Source: Euglena gracilis
Taxonomy: Eukaryota
Reading direction: 5' to 3'
NCBI GenBank assembly: GCA_039621445.1
Contig: CP154954.1
Coordinates: forward strand, 11,216,716-11,280,715
Length of the DNA: 64,000 bases
Made by a program: the position numbers and the translations under genes. Positions 1 to 14,118 of this stretch are shown here, one piece after another. Under the pieces are notes generated by a model. It worked only from the letters and a program-made list of their open reading frames with translations. It ran no database searches and was not told where the DNA came from. Within the stretch, counting starts at the first letter, position 1. Each line of letters opens with the position of its first letter.

Positions 1-3000
1 TTATGGGGGTGTTATGACAGTGCCAAACGGTAGACTGGGGGGGGGGTTCTGGGTGGTCGTCCGACTAGTCGGCCGACCACCCACTCTAATGTAGTTACGG
101 GTCAGTCTCGCCGACTTTTAAGCCCCCGGCTCATTGCGGATGATTGGCCATTGAACTTTTGGTGGTCGCTAGCGACCGGTCGCTAGCGACCAAGTCTACT
201 GACCATTGGTGGTCGGGCCGACCACCAATTTTAAGTCCACCCCCCCCTCTAAATATTCCTTAAGCCCCCCCCTTCCAAATTTTTATCCAAATATATTCCA
301 AAATTTCCATTCGGGGTTCAATTTTTGTGGTTAATTTGCAATATACGCGAACTTAGTCGGCCTACGGCCTCCTCCGGGTGCGGGGGGGGCTGCCGCCCCA
401 TCTTGACCCCCCCAAATTAACAAAATCCCCTTGTGTGTGCAAGGCAATGATGGCCGAGTCGCGTGCCGTAATGAATGTAGTCTTATGTGTGCAAGGTAAG
501 GATGGCCGAGTCGCGCTCCCTAATGCACCCCGATACGCGGACCGGGGGGGGGGTCGTAAATGAGGGGTGGTCGTACGACTAGGGGGGGGGTAAAACCCCA
601 ACCGCACCTCACCGTGACCCTCCGGCAGGGCAGAACAGGAGGGCCTGGTGGGGGGGGTCGACCAGGGTTCGATATAAGGACAGGTGGGGGGGGGGGGTCC
701 GGACCCCCCGCACCTAAACGTGGTCCGGGTGACCGCCTTTCGGCCCGGTGCGAAGCGCCGGACCAAAAATTTGACATCCAGCGAAATCAAAGAGCAAGCA
801 GCACATTGTGTTTTTTCATCAGGTCAATGGCAGAAAATTACCAAAAACTCTGGCGCGAAGCGCCGGAGGAAGAAATTGACCTTTTGGGGGGGGGTCCCAG
901 GTCGGTCTGGACCCCCCTGCGGGCCAGGAGGGGGGGGGGGTGGGGGGACACCCCGCCACCTAAACCATGTACGCCCTCCTTATGTCGAACCCTGGGGTCA
1001 ACCCCCCCACCCACCACAGCATTTTCACCGGATTCTGACCGTATTTCCGGGAGCACCAATTTTTGGACCCAAAACTTTCCGGCGCCAGGTGTTTTTTTGA
1101 CCCATTTTGGGACCCATATGGGAGGTCCCTCCAAAACCCCCTCAAAACCCCATTTTTTCACACCTTCCAAAATTCAACATTGATTTTGAGAGGTTTTTGA
1201 AGCAAAAAAAATGCCATTGAAAGTCCAAAAAAATTCAAAGAGAAAAAAAGTCAGTAAAATTTGACTGTGCCAAAATTTGGTCCACTTTTTTTTGACCTGC
1301 ATTTTTTTCACCCCCCTCCTGAAAACTACCAATTTTTAACCCTGAAATTTTTGAGATTTTTTTGTGAAAAAAAATGTGGTTTTCCATCAAAAAATCACAT
1401 GTTTGGGGTTCATTTTTCAAAATGATTTTCAAAAAATTTTCTGGTCAAAATCCTGTGGTGGATGTAAGAGGTGGTGGGGGGGGGGTGGTCGACCCCCCCA
1501 CCACCCTGGCTGTTTGGCCGATTCCCGTTCTACCCTGCCCTTCGGCAGCCGAGCATTTGGCTGGGCATGTCACAACCCAACCCTGTTCTTCAAATAACAC
1601 CATAACACCCCGTTTCTGGGCTCAAGGAAACTTTTGGAGGTCATTGGTCATTTTGGAGGTGGCGGTCGAGTGGCGAACAAGTACCAATTTTTCTTTGTCT
1701 GATGAGGGATAAGAGGCACAATTTGGTTTTTGAAGGGGCGGGGGTGTAAATTCAGGTGCCATTTTCGCAAAGTGACATCCAGCGGGGAGCATGGTCCATG
1801 CATGAGGGGGCATGCCTGGTACTATCAATTTTTGATTATTCCCCCCCCCAGGAGCCGAAAACTAGGAGGCGGGGGAATAATCGCCCGGGTTTACCTCCTG
1901 CAGACTCCGCTTCTTCATCTAACCAACTTTCTGGGCAGGGGCAGGGGGAGGAGGTTGACATTGACGACGGCCTTGACGCCGAGTGTCATGACGACGCTCC
2001 GGCTGCCGATGTCGATGCCATTGCTGCGCAGCTGGATGCACAGCTTGCAAACTGCACTCACAAATAAACAATTTGCACCCTCGCCGCAAATTGTGAGTCA
2101 AGCACAGCCTGTGTACTGGCTTTGAGTTTGTCTACCATCCGGATCATCTGAAAAATTTGGGGGGGGGAAATAATCACCCAGGTCCAACTTTCCTGTTTTC
2201 GGGCGAAAAGTGGGGGGGGGGGGATATTCCACCGGGGAAAATAATCGGAATTTTATAATACATCGGTACTGTTTCGCTATCCCACCACCGCTGCCTAACC
2301 CTGACCCTTCATCAGGGATGGCAATACGGCCAGCGTTGCCCTGCATACACAAGGGGATATTGCCATTGGAGGGTGGGGCGTCCGTGGGGGGGGGGGCAGG
2401 AGGAGGCCGTTGGCCAAGTTCATCACGGAGCGTGATTTGGCCATCGTTGCCTTGCACACACAAGGGTATTTTGCTGTTGGAGGGTGGGGGTGTCCGTGTG
2501 GGGGGGGGGGGGCAGGCGGAGACCGTTGGCCGACTAAGTTCACCAGGGAGCTCGATTCGGCCATTGTTGCCTTGCACACACAAGGGGATTTTGTTGTGCA
2601 GCGGCAGCTTGCACAGGCGCCTTCAGCAGAACAGCCCAAAAAGAACTCACTACCCAATTTTTTTTACAAATTGACCCCGAATGGAGGTTTTTGAAGGCAT
2701 TTGGGTGGGTTTCGAGTCATTTTCCTTCACATTTGTTTGATTTTTTTGGGGAGGGGGCCTGGAAACTGTTTTAGGGGGGGGGGAGTAATTATTGGTGGTC
2801 GACTGGTCGGCCCAATCACCAATGGTCGCTAGGCCATCACCAACAGTCGCTAGCGACCACCAAAATCCAACACCAATTTCCCGCAACGAGCCCAAACCCT
2901 AACGCTGACCCTAACCCCAACTGCCAATCTGGGGGGACTAAGTTCATCAACAGCGTTTGCCCGTGAACAATAGTGTTTACCCCTACAACAGTGTTTACCT

Positions 3001-3442
3001 AAAGACTTGCACACAAAGAAATTTTTCACAGAGGATTTTTGTGGCAGCCGTAACCCTGGCTGTGCCCCTTTGAGCATTTGGGGGGTCCGTTGGCCCGTGG
3101 GTGTGCTCAAATAAAGGGGGGGGGGTGGTATAGCCGTTCCACCCATGTGGACAAGGAAGCCCCCTTGAGCCCCAAAATGTGGTATTATGACGCTATTTAA
3201 AGGAGTAGGGTTGGGGTTAAGTGTCTCATGCAACCAGTTGAACCATTCCCACTCAGCTTCGTTATATTGGCCTCTAGCGAACCCAAAGAGCCGCCCAACC
3301 AGGGTTGACCAACATGGGTGGACCCGAGCAAGGCGCCGAAGGCAGAGCGAGGGTCCACCCATGTGTATTAACCCTGGTTGGGCGGGTCTTTGGGGTAGCT
3401 GGTACCCTGTAGGGGCCAATTTATCACGTTATTGTGTGATGC

Positions 3443-3512
3443 ACCCTGACCCTAACCCCACCCTGACCCTGACCCAACCCGAACCCTAACCCTACTCCTA
3501 ACCCTAACCCTG
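3443..3512. repeat. Degenerate interstitial (CCCTAA)n-like repeats (also ~2893-2920; mirrored ~25025-25095)
   Basis: CCCTGACCCTAACCCCACCCTGACCCTGACCCAACCCGAACCCTAACCCTACTCCTAACCCTAACCC. Confidence 0.8.
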
Positions 3513-3553
3513 TTTTTCTTTTTATTCTTTTCCAAGGCCGACTTGTAAAATTC

Positions 3554-3690
3554 TGGGTGGGGGTCGTTTAGCGAAGGAGTAACAAAAGTGGGTACTCCTT
3601 CGCTAAACGACCCCCACCCAAATGGGTTATCATTGGGCTATTTGAAGGAGGTAGGGTTAGGGCAACATGGCCATGTTGCCCTAACCCTAC
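3554..3690. repeat. Two perfect hairpins: 28-bp stem with 11-nt loop (3554-3620) and a 40-bp palindrome (3651-3690)
   Basis: TGGGTGGGGGTCGTTTAGCGAAGGAGTA-N11-TACTCCTTCGCTAAACGACCCCCACCCA; GTAGGGTTAGGGCAACATGG|CCATGTTGCCCTAACCCTAC. Confidence 0.9.
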
Positions 3691-4356
3691 TCCTCAAATA
3701 ACCCATCCAACTTGAAAATTTTCGGTGGGGGTCGTTTAACGAAGGGGTACCCAAAGTGCTCCACACACAACAAGCTAAAATGAAACATGGATGGGAAAAG
3801 AAACATGGATTTTGGACCGGGTCAAACACCGAGCCGCTCTGGAACCGTGAGGAGTTGGGCTCTGGAGGGTTGGTTTCCCGGAAAAGGGTTCAAAAACAAA
3901 ATTTCCCATCTGTTCCCGCAGTATCACCCAGAATCTTGTTTCCGAAATATTTTCAGTTTATGATGCCAGGTCCAAGAAAAAATGCTCTGTTTGGAGTGGG
4001 AAAACACAGCGTGCTGCGTTTTATGGAGCTGGCTTTTTTGGCCATTTTTGGAAGTTTTTGTTTAAAACATTTTGAACCAATCAAAAGAAAAAGTGGAGGA
4101 CGGGCCGACCTGGTCAGACCGACCTCCATATCTCATGCCTGCGCATCAATTTCATAAGTCCATCCACACCCTATTTCGCCTTGTTCAGTTGGAACCGTGT
4201 GACGTCATCCAGGAGTGTGCAGCTGAGGAATGACGTCATAAGGTCAACATCATCTGTGATTTATGACGAAAGGGTGTGAATCGAGTGGTTTTGGCGTGGA
4301 TCGACTGACGGAAAAGTGCGTGAAAGAGTATGAGTATGAGAGCCGAAACCCTTGTC

Positions 4357-4706
4357 AGAAGTGCAATAAGGAAGCCAACGAACCCAAGGGCGATCGCAAC
4401 AAGGAGGAATTGCTTGCACGTGTTGTTTCCTCCGGTCAAGGGGGCACCCTTGGGGCCGACGATGAAGTCGTTGTCCATGCAAGTCTGCTGATGCACAGGG
4501 CTGAAGGTTTGAACATAGCACGTCTTGAATGGGTACGAAAAGACACGGGTGCCGATGGCGGCATCCATTTGAACCCAGGGAACAAACAGCGAAATGAACC
4601 CCAGGAGGATGGCAAGACAGAGGAGAAGGATGGTGAGAAGGTACATAACCAAAGCAGGGTGGTGCTCACGTCGGCCGGTGGCGGCTTGCAGGGCGTGACC
4701 GATCAT
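4357..4706 (-). CDS. Inverted duplicate of exon 1 of the claudin/amastin-like gene
   Basis: Mirror of 23830-24179 with identical translation. Downstream exons are not in the window on this side. Confidence 0.7.
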
Positions 4707-5185
4707 GCTCTGGAAAAAACCCACTGGCGAAGAAGTTGAATTTAGAACTAACATAGACAACTTCAACAATTATACAAAATATTGGGCAAATATGTGCTAA
4801 AATGGGCAAGTGTTGAGAATGGGAAAAACAGAATCACTGGTCCCTTTGGTTTGAAACAAAGAAATCCAGAAAACCCCAAGGTCCCCCTGTTGCAAACCAG
4901 ACTGGTCCAAGTTTGAAACAACTGTCATCAAATATCAAATTTCAGTGCATGTGAAATTTGACCGATTCTCTGGAAATGGAATAACGGCTGATGGAGGCGT
5001 GGTTGGACCCAGAATTCAACGACTCAAATGGGGTTATGTGCTAACTTTCGCGTGATTCCCAATCTGCTGCGGTCGTGTCTCTTTTCAGCTTGTGCACGAC
5101 AGCAGGCTGCACGCCGCCTTGGAAGGGAGAAAAAAAGTTCTCGTGCCAGAAGAAGCCAAATGCCATGGCATAGAACTCATGTCAT

Positions 5186-7035
5186 GGGCCTCAGATTGCA
5201 AGTGGTCCCTTGGTCACCACGGGAAGGCATTACCGTGCTCGGAATCCCAGTAGACCACCCCGCGTCCTCCGACACCACCAAGAAAGCGTGGGCGGATGCT
5301 GCCGCCAAGATCGAGAAGGCCTCATCTACCATAACGGCCCTCACCGACGCCCAGGTGGCACATCACCTTCTGCGGAGCTGTCTAGACGGCTGCAAAGTGA
5401 ACCACCTCCTTCGCGCGTCCGACTCGTATGGCATCAAGGTTACAGGCTGCTCGGAGGTCATCATGTGAACGCCTTCGAGGACACTGCACGGCCGGCACTT
5501 CGCGCGTCCGACTCGTATGGCAGCCAAGATCAGGTTACAGGCTGCTCGGAGGTCATCATGAACGCCTTCGAGGACATACTGGGCACGGCACTGAACCCAC
5601 AACAGCGGACACAAGCGTCGCTGCCCCTATCCAGCGGGGGCTGCGGCCTCCGCGTCCCGTCCTGCACTCAGCCCGCAGCCAGGATCTCCTGCCTTGCAGA
5701 CTTCTACTCAGACGGGGCCAGGCGCGTGTGTGTGCCCGACTACGCATCCGGCCTGCAGCTACCCCTGGTCGCGCCCGTCCTGGACGACCTCCGGGGCTAG
5801 GAGCCAACCATGCCACGGTCACCACCTTCCTCCACAACCCACAACGACTCGCCTCCGCGGACCAAGAACCCCGGAGGCAAAAGTGGTGGAACCACGAGCT
5901 GGGCAAAAAGGCGATGGATGGCCTTGTGGACCAGGCCCGGCCCCGCGACCAGAACCGCCTCCTTGAACAAGCCACGGGGTTCGGACACGGGTGGATGGCG
6001 GCCACCCCTTCCAACAACTCCCACACCACCTTCTCTAGCGAGGAGTACACCTTGGGACTGAAGTGGTGGTTAGGGCTTCCGGTGCTGGAGGACGTCAGCC
6101 AGCCGTGCACAGGGTGCGGCCAGCCTCTGGACCAGGAAGGCGACCACCTGCTTTGCTGCCGCAGGAACAACTTCTCAGCCCGGCACAACGCTGTTCAGGA
6201 CGCTCTGTTTCAAACCTTGTCCAACAGCGGTCACCGGGTGCAGAAGGAAGTTTCCCTGCCAACGGCCCGAGACAGTCACCTACGCCCGTCGGACCTCCTG
6301 CTGGACTGCTGGTCCGAGGGGAAGCCGACGGCGCTGGACGTTACCGTCTGCCACGGATGGCAAGCGGCAGAACACACAGCGACCCGCGAACGCTGGAGAT
6401 CCTTCATGAAGAGGAGGGAGGACGCCAAAAAACAGAAATACAACGTGCCATGTCAGCAAGCAGGGTGGGGCTTCACACCTTTCGCCCTCGGGACATGGGG
6501 TGGCATGGGGCCGGAAACGGCCAAGACACTGAGCAGAGTGGCCAAACGCGCATCGTCCTGGCAACAGGGCGCTGAGCGCGAAACCAAGCAAGCGGAAATC
6601 TACAAAAATGTGGCCATCGCCTTGCTCCGAGAAGTGTTCCACCTCTTACAACCCAAGCACGTCCTCCGTTAACCACGGGAGGAGGTATGGCAAAATAAAA
6701 AAAAAATAAAAAAAACCCACACACAACACAACCACACACCCACACCCACACACGCACACACACCCACACCCACACACGCACACACGCACACCAACACACC
6801 ACAACCATCCGCCCGCCCTCCCGCCCGCGCCAAGCCGGCCGCCTCACCCCTACCGTCAGCCACCCCAGCCGTCGGCCACAACAGCCGTCCCTCTGCGCCT
6901 TATATTGAAGATGGGCCTTGCCCGTTTTCCTCCTGCCCTGCCCTGCACCACCTGTATATACTGTTAACCTCCTCCGGACCTTCAAACCCAGTAGGCTGTG
7001 CCACTGGTCGGTGGATTCGGTTCGCCCCACCACCG
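5186..7035 (+). mobile_element. 5'-truncated CRE-clade non-LTR retrotransposon, family 1 (RT C-terminus, zinc knuckle, restriction-like endonuclease), frameshifted
   Basis: Motifs GITVLGIPV, HLLRSC..KVNHLLRA, QASLPLSSGGCGLR, CTGC...HLLCC, RHNAV, RPSDLLL, ALDVTV, KKQKY, FTPFALGTWGG. No YxDD. 3' UTR has an A-tract and CA-rich repeats. Confidence 0.85.
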
Positions 7036-7053
7036 CAGTCGACATGGGCCTCA

Positions 7054-7769
7054 TTGACACCGTGTGCGTCGACCAAAACACTGATTCCCACCAGAGAATT
7101 TCAGGCGATCGTCCAGTGGTGTCTGGGTGCCCCGGTGGTCAGCGCTACGGACAGCCCACCTGCCTGCCCAAGATGCCACAACCCCACAGATGTCAGAGGC
7201 CACCACCTTGTCTGCTGCCACAAAAACAAAATTGTCCGGCGCACAATGCGGTGCAATCGCACATCCTCGGGCTCGCGCAGCGTACAGGCTTCCCAGCCAG
7301 AAGGGAAGAAAGTGCCCCAGATGGCTCACGACCAGGCGACGTATTCGTCATGAGGTACGATGCAAACGGCCCAGCAGCCATCGACGTCACCATTCGTCAC
7401 CCACTTGCGCCTTCGCGAAATCGCGCCGGCTTGGAGGATATTGGCAGGTGGCATGAGGCACAAGAGTTGGAAAAGATAAAGAAGTATGGAGATGGTTGCC
7501 AACGCAGAGGCTGGACATTCATACCCTTTGTGTTGGACGGTTATGGTGGCATGGGGGATGGTGCGCTCACCTTTGTTGGCAACTGCATCAAGTTGCTAGC
7601 ATGCAAACACGACGCCTGGGAGAGGAGGGGCGTCGAGGGGACCTGCTGGCAAGGAATAAGCATGACTCTGGCCCGGGAGGTTCGACGACAATTGGTTTGG
7701 GGACAATGCCCCGAAGAGCTCGCTGACCATAGCCTCCCTGAATCTCATAAACCCTACTGTACTTCATAG
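7054..7769 (+). mobile_element. 5'-truncated CRE-clade element, family 2 (zinc knuckle and endonuclease), 1-nt frameshift near 7240
   Basis: CPRC...GHHLVCC, (R)HNAV, RPGDVFV, AIDVTI, KIKKY, FIPFVLDGYGG. The reading frame is intact in the mirror copy 20472-21188. Confidence 0.85.
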
Positions 7770-8914
7770 CCCCGAGGCTGAAGCAGTGTACGTCTGATTC
7801 CCAATTCCCCTTTCCCAATTCCCAAAAGCCTTCGCTTTCGCCTTGGCGCACCTACTTGGGAACTGAAAATCAGAGTAACAGAAAATCCCTTTTCCCACTT
7901 CCCAAGAAGCAAAGCACAGAGCAATGCAGGGAGGACGGACTGGATATCCAAGTCCGGTCCGGAGAAAAGGAAAGACAAAGGGAAAGACAGAATACCACCT
8001 GTGGAGAGAGAAGGGGCACCCATTAGGAAATCCTAATAGGATCTGCTTCCATCCTAACTTCCTCAACGGAAGGGGACAGAAGCATACGCCTGGTACACAT
8101 CCCCCTCCCAGGGCTATGCCCCATTTCCCCTTTGGACCAGGCATTCTGGCCACAGGGATTTCGGACACAGACCTGGTCTGTGGGAGGTGCACCCTGGCGC
8201 ATCCACAGGGGCCCTTTCCGTCGCACAGGGGTCCACTCAAAGGGGGGGGGGGCGGAAAGGAGGGGACCCAAAAAGCCCAAAACGCGCAAAACGGTTTCAC
8301 CCATTCTGCGGTGGCTTATGGGTATATAGTATATTACAGCCCGCTGGGGAAAATGGGGCTGGCAGGTTTCCTTGCCAAGCAAACCCATCCACCCAGTTTG
8401 GGTGTGCCCAAGGCACTTGGGGTTGAGTCCATGGGCATTCTAGGAAAACCCATGGGGAGGGTGTGGAAGGAGGGGGCCTCTGACCAGTCAAACCTGGGCA
8501 GGGCGCATGGCCAGTCAAACCTGACCACGCAAAAGGAAATCCTACTCTACAAAGTGGCGACAGCATTTGCCCCGGGGGGAAAGTAGAGAGGAGTGGGGGG
8601 TTGGTTTAGGCCAGAAAACTGGTGCTGTGTGGCAGCCTTATGGCCTCAAACGGCCGAAAAGAAAAGAAAGGGAAAGGAAAAGAGGCCGTCGGCCCTGTGC
8701 GCTGCGTGTCGCACCCGCGAGAGGGGAGAGGGGAGAGGGGTGTGCATGCATGCGCACGGAATCCTGCACATGGCAGCATCCCGGTGGGAACTTACTAGCG
8801 GCGAATACCGCAAAGGGTCTTCGAAGGGGTTGTTCGGGCGAATACCCAAACAGGGTGTCAGGCGAATACCTGACGAGGGTTCTGAAAGCCGCCGCATTGG
8901 CGCTTACAGACACC

Positions 8915-10474
8915 TCACCTGCCTTTATCGGCTGGACGTTCACGCACCTCACGCCGGTAGTCGTGTTGGGGGTCCCCTAATGGGTCCTCAACCAACTCCA
9001 GTTGGCGTGGGGAACGCGGCGGAGCTGATTCACTCCGAATGGTGTTGAGCTCCGGATCGTTGACATCAAAGGAAGGGGTCTCCCAGTCCTTGATCCAATT
9101 ATCCGGCAGCTTCTCCCTGGTACGTTCAGCATGATGCTGAAGATACCGTTGGAGCTGCTCCCAGAAAATTGTGGGCAGCATCACCGGCCAGATGATGTAA
9201 TTCATCCGGGGGTGATTCGCAGGCACCTGCGGGGGCATCCCCGGGGTCTGCTTGAAGTTGATGTCATACATCCACCTCGCTGTCCGAGCTCTTGCGGTAT
9301 GGGGCCGTAATGCAGCCGCCAACCAACCTCTGAAGTCCACCAAATCGTGTTCTTCAGGAGGCCACAGTGGCAATGCGTATCCGCCATGCTGACGCTTGGA
9401 GAACAGGGGGTAAACCTGTGTCTCCCAGTCGCCATCGGTTCAGAGGTAAGGCATTCTTACCTTGGCGTGTTCCTCGACGGCGAGGCGCATTGCCCAAGCG
9501 TCGATCTGGAACTCACGGGCCATTCCCGTGTGGCGGTAGCTTTCTACCTTGCGGAAGTCGGAGTGCTTCAGGCGGCCTTCCACCTGTTTGTACTCCTTCT
9601 TCCACTTCTCCATTGTCTCCCAGTGGTGGGGGACAATGGTGGTGACTGCTCCATCAGCAGTCTGCACGAACTTGGCCCCTATACAGTTGATGCACAAGGC
9701 AGGGATATCCCTGTCGTGAGCATTCTCACTGTAGGAGTAGTTCAAGCTGTGCTTCCAGGCGTTCAGGCACTCGCCACATACGAGCGCCACACAGTTCGGC
9801 ACTTCTGCCCTGTGATGGAACCACGAGGATTGCACCTGCCGCTTGCACACATGCACAAGCGGTTGGTTGTGCCGCACATGGTGGCACACGGTGCACGTCC
9901 AGGCAAAGGACGTGCCGTGCTGGAAATCCAACACGCAGTCCTCACCAAAGTACTGTGCCAGTACTCTGGGTGAGCGCCTATTCCAGAATGTCCAGGTATG
10001 TTCCGGGACATAGTGGAAAGGTTCTCCTCGGACGAAGAGGGGCTGAATCCATCGATTCAGTGACCCTTTCTGGTGCCTAATAGCAGCCAGTTTCTTCGTC
10101 CTCTCTTCCACGGTGCCTAGTCTGGTCAGGATATCCTGAGTCCAGAGCTGGGCATCCGCAGACACGGGAGGTGAAGCAGGTTCGTCCTGCTCCTCATCCG
10201 TCGATCCGGCGGAAGACTGGGCCTGTCGACCACGAGCCTTACCTTTCGGTTTGCTCTGGCCGTACCCGGACGATGCAACGGCCGAATAGTCGTGCATTGT
10301 CGTAGGGCCTTTCGGCTGTCCGGCAGTCTGACCTCCAGCGCCACCTTTCGGTGATGGTTTCCCATCACCGCCTTTGGCAGGGGGCTTACAGGGTGCAGAA
10401 CCCGGTTTGCCTCCTTTCGGCATCGCACTCCCGGAATCAGGAGGCGATGCCTGCGGCTTACAGTGTACGTCCAA
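8915..10474 (-). pseudogene. Orphan Cys-rich protein paralog B (mirror copy), in-frame TGA
   Basis: Mirror of 17768-19327. Confidence 0.65.
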
Positions 10475-11797
10475 AGCTTTCCCTTTTCCCCTTTTTGGAA
10501 CTTTCTGTAAAAGCCTTTCGCTTTCGCCTTGGTGCGCAGCCTACTTATGGAGGGAAAAGTCTTTGGAGTAACGAAAAGTGGTTTTCCCCTTTTCTTCCCA
10601 ATTCCCCAAGAAGCAAAGCACAAAGCAAAGACTCAGAAGTTTCTTCTGAGATCAAGTTCGATTGTTCCGAGGGTTTTTCCCTCTGACAAAACCAATGGTC
10701 AAACTTGGAAGTGATGACAGTGAAGAATACCACCTGTGGGGGAAGGAGAGAAAAGTGCTGACGTGTCCAGGGGCAGATCCAAGAAGGGTATGCCACGATC
10801 CTACCAGCTGTGGTTTTCCACAGTGGTGCGACCGTCACAGAACCCACTCTGCAGATATCCTACAGAGCTGGGACGTGCCTGGTACACATCCCCCTCCCAG
10901 GGCTACGCCCGATTTCCTTCATGGACCAGGGTTTCCCAGTCCAGTCAGGATATCTGACGCTGCCCCAGGTGGGGTTCACTTCTCCATTTGGTGTCTCTCC
11001 TTTCCGCACAGTGGCATCCACCCAAAGCCCAAAAACGCACAAAAGGTTAGCCGCGTTTCGCGGTTACCTATTAGCCGTTTCGGCTTAGGTGGGGTGTGAA
11101 AAAGCCCACTGTGAGAAACGGGACTTGGCAGGTTTCCTGACAAAGTGTCCCATCCACCCACTTTGGGTGTGCCAAAGGCACGCAGGGTTGGTCAAGCGAT
11201 TCGCTGAAAACCCGAGGGGAGAGGTGTGGAAGGGGGGGGGGCAGGCTCCTATCCTGGTCATACCCGGATAGGGCTCCTAGGCGGTCATATCCGCACTAGG
11301 AAACAAAAGCCTACTTACAAAACCGACTGCCGGCGACAGCTTTGCGGGGGTGGGGGGGAAGTAGGGAGGAGAGGGGGGCTGGCTTAGGCCAGAACAGAAT
11401 TTTTGCTGTCTGGCAGCCTTAAGAGGCCTTAGGGCCGAAAAGTGACAAGTTGGCCTATTATTACGGCGTGCGCGCTGTGTGCTGTGTGTCACTTAGCGGC
11501 TTGCCAGGTTTCCCGGCTGCCAAGGTCTTCACAGCAGTAGCTCCTTCACGACGCAATAAGAGGCGATTACCTCTTGCAGACGGTTTCCGTCCGGATGGGG
11601 GGGGGCTCGTGGCGGGGGGGGGGGGGGGCTCTTGGATGCTTCCATCCAGAGCTTAAAGTGACACAGACCCAGGTTCATCCCAGGGCTGTTCAGCGATTTC
11701 CGCTACCAATGTATATATATATTTATGTATTGTATATGGATGTCCAGGCTCCATGAAGGCACTTACCTTACATGAGCCTGGTAATGCCGTTTCGGCA

Positions 11798-14118
11798 TTA
11801 CATCCGTTCCAGCCGCCAATAATCATGGCGGGAGTCCAAGGGATCTTCCACAAGGACCATCTGGAATTGAGGTGGTGGTGGCCTATCTACGAGCCAGGTT
11901 TCTGGCGATTCGTATTCGAAATCAGGTGCCACCCAGTCCCGAACCCATCCTTCGGGGACTGTGTGCTTGGTTGCACTCGCTCTTTCTGCGAGGAACCATT
12001 GCAGCTTCTCCCAGAATTTCCTGGGCAGAGTTGCTGGCCAGATGAAGTAGTTCATCCTTGGGTGATTGGCTGACACCTGCGGGGCATTCCCCGGGTGGAA
12101 GTCAATCGGCATGTGATAGGCGCATTCCGCCCGGACTGTATGGGGTCGTAATACGGCCCCAAGCCAGTCTTTCCAGGTCATCCCGTGGTTTTCGGGTGGC
12201 CATTGTGGCAGGCACCAGCGACCGTTTCGGTCCTGGTTTTGGAACAGGCGGAAAAGTATCTTTTCCCTGTCTGCTGTCTCCCAGAGGTAAGGTAATCTTA
12301 CCCCTGCCTCCTCAGCAGCGAGGCGTATCGCCCCACTGTCGATCTGCCACCCACGGGCCATTCCCGTGTGGCGGTAGTCGTCGAGCTTGAGGTTGGCATA
12401 CTTGAAAAAGTCCTTGAACTTTTTGTTCAAGGTGGAGTATTCCTCCAGTGGCTTCTCGGCACTTGGCACGATTGTGCGTACTGCGCCTTCCGCAGTGTGC
12501 CAGAAGGTACCTCGAAGGCAGTTGACGCAGAGAACTGGTACATTCGTACCGTCTCGGTCTGTGTAGCTGAAATTGTGCTTGTGGGTCCAACTGTCCACGC
12601 ACTTGGCGCATACCAAGGCGGCACAGTTTAGGCATGTATACATCCTTGTGGAACGATTTCCGATCCACAGGGTTGCACACATGGACGAGGGGTAATCCCA
12701 GGTCAAGTGCACTGTTGTACATCTTGTGGCATACAGTGCAAAGCCACACAAAACGGTTTTCCGTTGTTTTGTCGATGAGGAATTCCTCACCGAAGAATTG
12801 GGCCAAAACACGGGGAGATCTGGAATTGTAATAATTACAGGTCACATTCTGATCAAAGGACCATTTCCGTCCCTGACAGAACAGTGGCTCAATCCACCGG
12901 TTAAGGCATTGCTGTGTCCTCAATTTATGTGCGATCATCATGTACCTGTTTTTCAGGTCATGAATGTCAGGGTCATCCTGATTGATCGCGTTCCAGTCGA
13001 TGACAACTTCGTCTTCTGAAGGTGTCTCGGCTGTCGAGGCGCGGGATTTTCCCAGCCCCTTTGACGGAGGTTTCGGCTGTGATTTTCCCACAGCCGGATG
13101 ACGTGACGTGCGTGAATCCTTGTCCCGAGGTTAATCCCCGAGAGGAGGATGCAGCACTCTGGCCGCCAGCAGCACCACCGCCTTTCGGTGGGGGCTGATC
13201 ACCAGATTTCGGTGTGGGTTCGCAAGGTGTGGCGCACGGCTTACTTTTCGCCGGGGCCTTCGGGCTTCCGGCTTCCGGAGTCTCCGAGGGCCGCCGCTCG
13301 GCGTCTCGCTTGGTTGCCCACGTGCGTGGTGACGCTTGGGACGGGGGTCTTTTCCCCGACGCCGAACGTCGTTGACCTTCAGCAGGGGTTTCCCGAGCTG
13401 ATGGTCGTCCTACACGCTCCTTCGCGGCTCCCGAAGGTTTCCCAGGGGTAGCCGTGGGGGATGGTGTTGGTGTAGGCCTAGCCTGTGCACTTCGCGCTGG
13501 CTGAGCCTGTGGTGGAGGCATGGACGCCCGCTCGGCCTGTTTTTCAGGCGCCGGTGTCCGTGTGCCTTGACGCTTCTCTGCCGTGACTGTGGCTGTACCA
13601 TGAGATACGGGTTCATCCCGTGCCTCCGGTGGTACCGCCGGTGTCGATACAGGTTCATCCTGTACTGACACGGCTGGTGTTGTCTCCACAGTCATTGCCA
13701 TCTGTTCGCCTTCCGTCCGTGTCGCTTCCGACACTGGCGGTGGCGCTGCCGTTGGGGAAGGTTCATCCTCCACCATGGCTGCAATGTCAGATGTGTCTTC
13801 CGTCAGCTGGGCAGTTTCCGCCGCAGCTGTGGAAGAACTGGCCGCAGTGCCACGTGGAGTGACTACTGCGATCAGTGACCGTAAACCACCGAGTACGCGT
13901 CCGCCCAGTGACGTGCGTGCGTCTCTCCTCACCTGAAGTGGGCTCCTCGGCTGGCTCCTCTCGGTTAACGGGGTTTCCCCGGAAACAGGGAGCTTGAGGC
14001 GTAATACCTCGGGCGTGTGGGGTACCGTTCCGCGGGTTTCCCGCGGGTACACACCCTGCCGAAACTGTACCCGTGACACGCCCAGATTCACCTCGGCTGG
14101 GGGACCCCGCCCAGCCAC
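11798..14118 (-). pseudogene. Orphan Cys-rich protein paralog A (mirror copy with extra N-terminal ~140 aa; frameshifts near 13090 and 12630)
   Basis: ORFs 12973..14118, 12312..13091 and 11798..12811 together match 14552..16444 and extend into the palindrome spacer. Confidence 0.65.

Larger units (their letters stand above)
1..13693. repeat. Left arm of giant inverted repeat (may extend beyond window start)
   Basis: Reverse complement of 14548-28542: base 1 TTATGGGGGTGTTATGACAG pairs with ...CTGTCATAACACCCCCATAA ending at 28542. The ORF track is mirrored throughout (e.g. 4236..4769- vs 23767..24300+). Confidence 0.97.

Noticed and set aside
3443-3512. True chromosome end
   Set aside because: Short, degenerate and internal; the mirror copy lies inside an intron.
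6965-7035. tRNA(Sec)-like look (TTCAAA...GGTTCG...CCACCA) at the CRE 3' end
   Set aside because: No consistent cloverleaf or acceptor stem could be built.
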